Source of the DNA: Tubulanus polymorphus
Lineage: Eukaryota; Animalia; Nemertea
Reading direction: 5' to 3'
DNA length: 64,000 nt
Assembly: GCF_964204645.1 (NCBI RefSeq)
Contig: NC_134029.1
Location: 930,001-994,000, forward strand
Both the position numbers and the translations under genes were made by a program. The notes beneath the pieces were generated by a model, which searched no databases, was not told the DNA's origin, and saw nothing but the letters and a program-made list of their open reading frames with translations. Below are positions 61,601-64,000 of this stretch, in pieces (the first letter of the stretch is position 1; each line of letters starts with the position of its first letter).

Positions 61601-64000
61601 GGTACAGTAGACTCCGCTCAAGTCTGATCTTTTGACTTGAGAGTGATATCTGAGTTTGATGGTACAGTAGACTCCGCTCAAGTCTGATATTTTGACTTGA
61701 GAGTGATATCTGAGTTTGATGGTACAGTAGACTCAGCTCAAGTCTGATCTTTTGGCTTGAGAGTGATATCTGAGTTTGATGGTACAGTAGACTCCGCTCA
61801 AGTCTGATCTTTTGACTTGAGAGTGATATCCGAGTTGGATGGTACAGTAGACTCCGCTCAAGTCTGATCTTTTGACTTGAGAGTGATATCTGAGTTGGAT
61901 GGTACAGTAGACTCCGCTCAAGTCTGATATTTTGACTTGAGAGTGATATCTGAGTTGGATGATACAGTAGACTCCGCTCAAGTCTGATCTTTTGACTTGA
62001 GAGTGATATCTGAGTTGGATGGTACAGTAGACTCCGCTCAAGTCTGATCTTTTGACTTGAGAGTGATATCTGAGTTGGATGATACAGTAGACTCCGCTCA
62101 AGTCTGATCTTTTGACTTGAGAGTGATATCTGAGTTGGATGGTACAGTAGACTCCGCTCAAGTCAGATCTTTTGATTTGAGAGTGATATCTGAGTTGGAT
62201 GATACAGTAGACTCCGCTCAAGTCTGATCTTTTGATTTGAGAGTGATATCTGAGTTGGATGATACAGTAGACTCCGCTCAAGTCTGATCTTTTGATTTGA
62301 GAGTGATATCTGAGTTGGATGATACAGTAGACTCCGCTCAAGTCTGATCTTTTGACTTGAGAGTGATATCTGAGTTGGATGGTACAGTAGACTCCGCTCA
62401 AGTCTCTGATCTTTTGACTTGACATTGATATCTGAGTTGGATGGTACAGTAGACTCCGCTCAAGTCTGATCTTTTGACTTGAGAGTGATATCTGAGTTGG
62501 ATGGTACAGTAGACTCCGCTCAAGTCTCTGATCTTTTGACTTGACATTGATATCTGAGTTGGATGGTACAGTAGACTCCGCTCAAGTCTCTGATCTTTTG
62601 ACTTGACATTGATATCTGAGTTGGATGGTACAGTACACTCCGCTCGAGTCTGATCTTTTGACTTGAGAGTGATATCTGAGTTGGATGGTACAGTAGACTC
62701 CGCTCAAGTCTGATCTTTTGACTTGACATTGATATCTGAGTTGGATGGTACAGTAGACTCCGCTCGAGTCTGATCTTTTGACTTGAGAGTGATATCTGAG
62801 TTGGATGGTACAGTAGACTCCGCTCAAGTCTGATCTTTTGACTTGACATTGATATCTGAGTTGGATGGTACAGTAGACTCCGCTCAAGTCTCTGATCTTT
62901 TGACTTGACATCGATATCTGAGTTGGATGGTACAGTAGACTCCGCTCAAGTCTGATCTTTTGACTTGACATTGATATCTGAGTTGGATGGTACAGTAGAC
63001 TCCGCTCGAGTCTGATCATTTGACTTGAGAGTGATATCTGAGTTGGATGGTACAGTAGACTCCGCTCAAGTCTGGTCTTTTGACTTGAGAGTGATATCTG
63101 AGTTGGATGGTACAGTAGACTCCGCTCGAGTCTGATCTTTTGACTTGAGAGTGATATCTGAGTTGGATGATACAGTAGACTCCGCTCGAGTCTGATCTTT
63201 TGATTTGAGAGTGATATCTGAGTTGGATGATACAGTAGACTCCGCTCAAGTCTGATCTTTTGACTTGAGAGTGATATCTGAGTTGGATGGTACAGTAGAC
63301 TCCGCTCAAGTCTCTGATCTTTTGACTTGACATTGATATCTGAGTTGGATGGTACAGTAGACTCCGCTCAAGTCTCTGATCTTTTGACTTGACATTGATA
63401 TCTGAGTTGGATGGTACAGTAGACTCCGCTCAAGTCTGATCTTTTGACTTGACATTGATATCTGAGTTGGATGGTACAGTAGACTCCGCTCGAGTCTGAT
63501 CTTTTGACTTGAGAGTGATATCTGAGTTGGATGGTACAGTAGACTCCGCTCAAGTCTGATCTTTTGACTTGACATTGATATCTGAGTTGGATGGTACAGT
63601 AGACTCCGCTCGAGTCTGATCTTTTGACTTGAGAGTGATATCTGAGTTGGATGGTACAGTAGACTCCGCTCGAGTCTGATCTTTTGACTTGAGAGTGATA
63701 TCTGAGTTGGATGGTACAGTAGACTCCGCTCAAGTCTGATCTTTTGACTTGACATTGATATCTGAGTTGGATGGTACAGTAGACTCCGCTCGAGTCTGAT
63801 CTTTTGACTTGACATTGATATCTGAGTTAGATGATGCAGTAAACAGAGTCTGATCTTTTGCCTTAATGCTACCGTTATCTGTTTATTACTTGTAGGTTCA
63901 GAATAAGTTATACGCATACCTAGCCACTGATTTCATCGCTGATGCTCAGATTTATACAAACATACGCCGCGTTAGTGCTGTATTACAGACTATGCATTCC
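40665..64000 (+). CDS. NBEA: Neurobeachin / LRBA (rugose) BEACH-domain protein, N-terminal part; continues beyond the window
   Basis: Exons 40665-40832, 51473-51577, 52170-52296, 56532-56632, 57132-57349, 57431-57557, 58567-58686, 59118-59264, 59517-59714, 60413-60558, 61024-61132, 61205-61357 and 63896 to beyond 64000, all GT-AG and in frame. [92 protein letters not shown]. Confidence 0.95.
42585..43815. repeat. 36-bp minisatellite, about 34 units (GACACGTACCTGTATGTCT[G/A]TATTCACCACACCAGT)
   Basis: Read directly; highly homogeneous. Confidence 0.97.
44085..44430. repeat. Degenerate approximately 80-bp tandem repeat with TTAGGG, CCAAT and ATTTGCAT motifs
   Basis: Repeated GACCAATGACAGG(C/T)TAGGGTTAGGG...GACCAGCTATAGACTCATTTGCATAA. 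Confidence 0.75.
44826..45390. repeat. 27-bp minisatellite with an internal palindrome (GTCTCA-TATC-TGAGAC)
   Basis: Unit CTGGTCTCATATCTGAGACTACTACAG, about 20 copies. Confidence 0.95.
47032..47049 (+). CDS. Candidate 18-nt neurobeachin microexon (VFVDPS)
   Basis: T-rich tract + CCTGCAG | GTTTTTGTGGATCCGAGC | GTAAGT. Phase 0-0, frame-preserving between exons 1 and 2. Confidence 0.6.
48011..48325. repeat. 35-bp minisatellite, 9 units (GGGTGATAGGGGGCGACACTGTGGTGACAGAGACT)
   Basis: Read directly. Confidence 0.95.
50135..50665. repeat. Approximately 39-bp degenerate minisatellite (GTTTGAGCCTGGTCTGAGCTGACTATGCTATC...)
   Basis: Read directly. Confidence 0.9.
52378..52640. repeat. 41-bp minisatellite, about 6 units, with hairpin TACCG-AGTT-CGGTA and palindrome CCTGGCCAGG
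   Basis: Read directly; starts about 80 nt after the exon-3 donor. Confidence 0.92.
57731..57919. mobile_element. hAT-like MITE (CAGGGTGGCCAC ... GTGGCCATCCCG)
   Basis: Imperfect TIR starting CAGGG with internal TCAGGGAA-type repeats. No TSD evident. Confidence 0.55.
60622..60814. mobile_element. hAT-like MITE (CAGGATTCTTACAGAT ... ATCTGTAAGAATCTTG)
   Basis: 16-bp near-perfect TIR and internal TCAGGGAA motifs. Confidence 0.6.
61372..63862. repeat. 60-bp satellite, about 41 units, filling almost all of neurobeachin intron 12
   Basis: Unit AGTCTGATCTTTTGACTTGAGAGTGATATCTGAGTTGGATGGTACAGTAGACTCCGCTCA, with 62-bp and GACATT variants in the distal half. Confidence 0.97.

Noticed and set aside
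61373-63917. Multiple minus-strand ORFs of 100-230 aa
   Set aside because: Products of the 60-bp satellite within NBEA intron 12.

Overview
Eukaryotic, AT-rich, intron-rich animal DNA. It is probably from an invertebrate; a lophotrochozoan is my guess from gene style, not a proven assignment. Left to right: (1) the 3' part of a type-I membrane protein with at least 16 Sushi/CCP modules (225-6225, +). (2) A cluster of six intronless rhodopsin-class GPCR genes plus two short pseudogene fragments (7759-26283, +). It includes a recent 3307-bp tandem duplication and clear patchwork, gene-conversion-like exchange between paralogues. (3) A decayed, unannotated multi-exon minus-strand gene lodged inside the GPCR cluster (about 17.0-23.6 kb), possibly derived from a KDZ/CxC transposase. 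It carries a 190-bp inverted-repeat pair and a tandem pair of 81-nt structured RNA-like units. (4) NOL10 with a single coding intron (27500-29974, +). (5) A complete 11-exon SEPT6-group septin (39896-32160, -) with a candidate alternative first exon. (6) A bidirectional promoter. (7) The first 13 exons of neurobeachin/LRBA (40665 to beyond 64000, +), with a candidate 18-nt microexon and many intronic minisatellites and MITEs. All exon coordinates were read by hand from GT-AG sites and frame continuity. No database searches were run.
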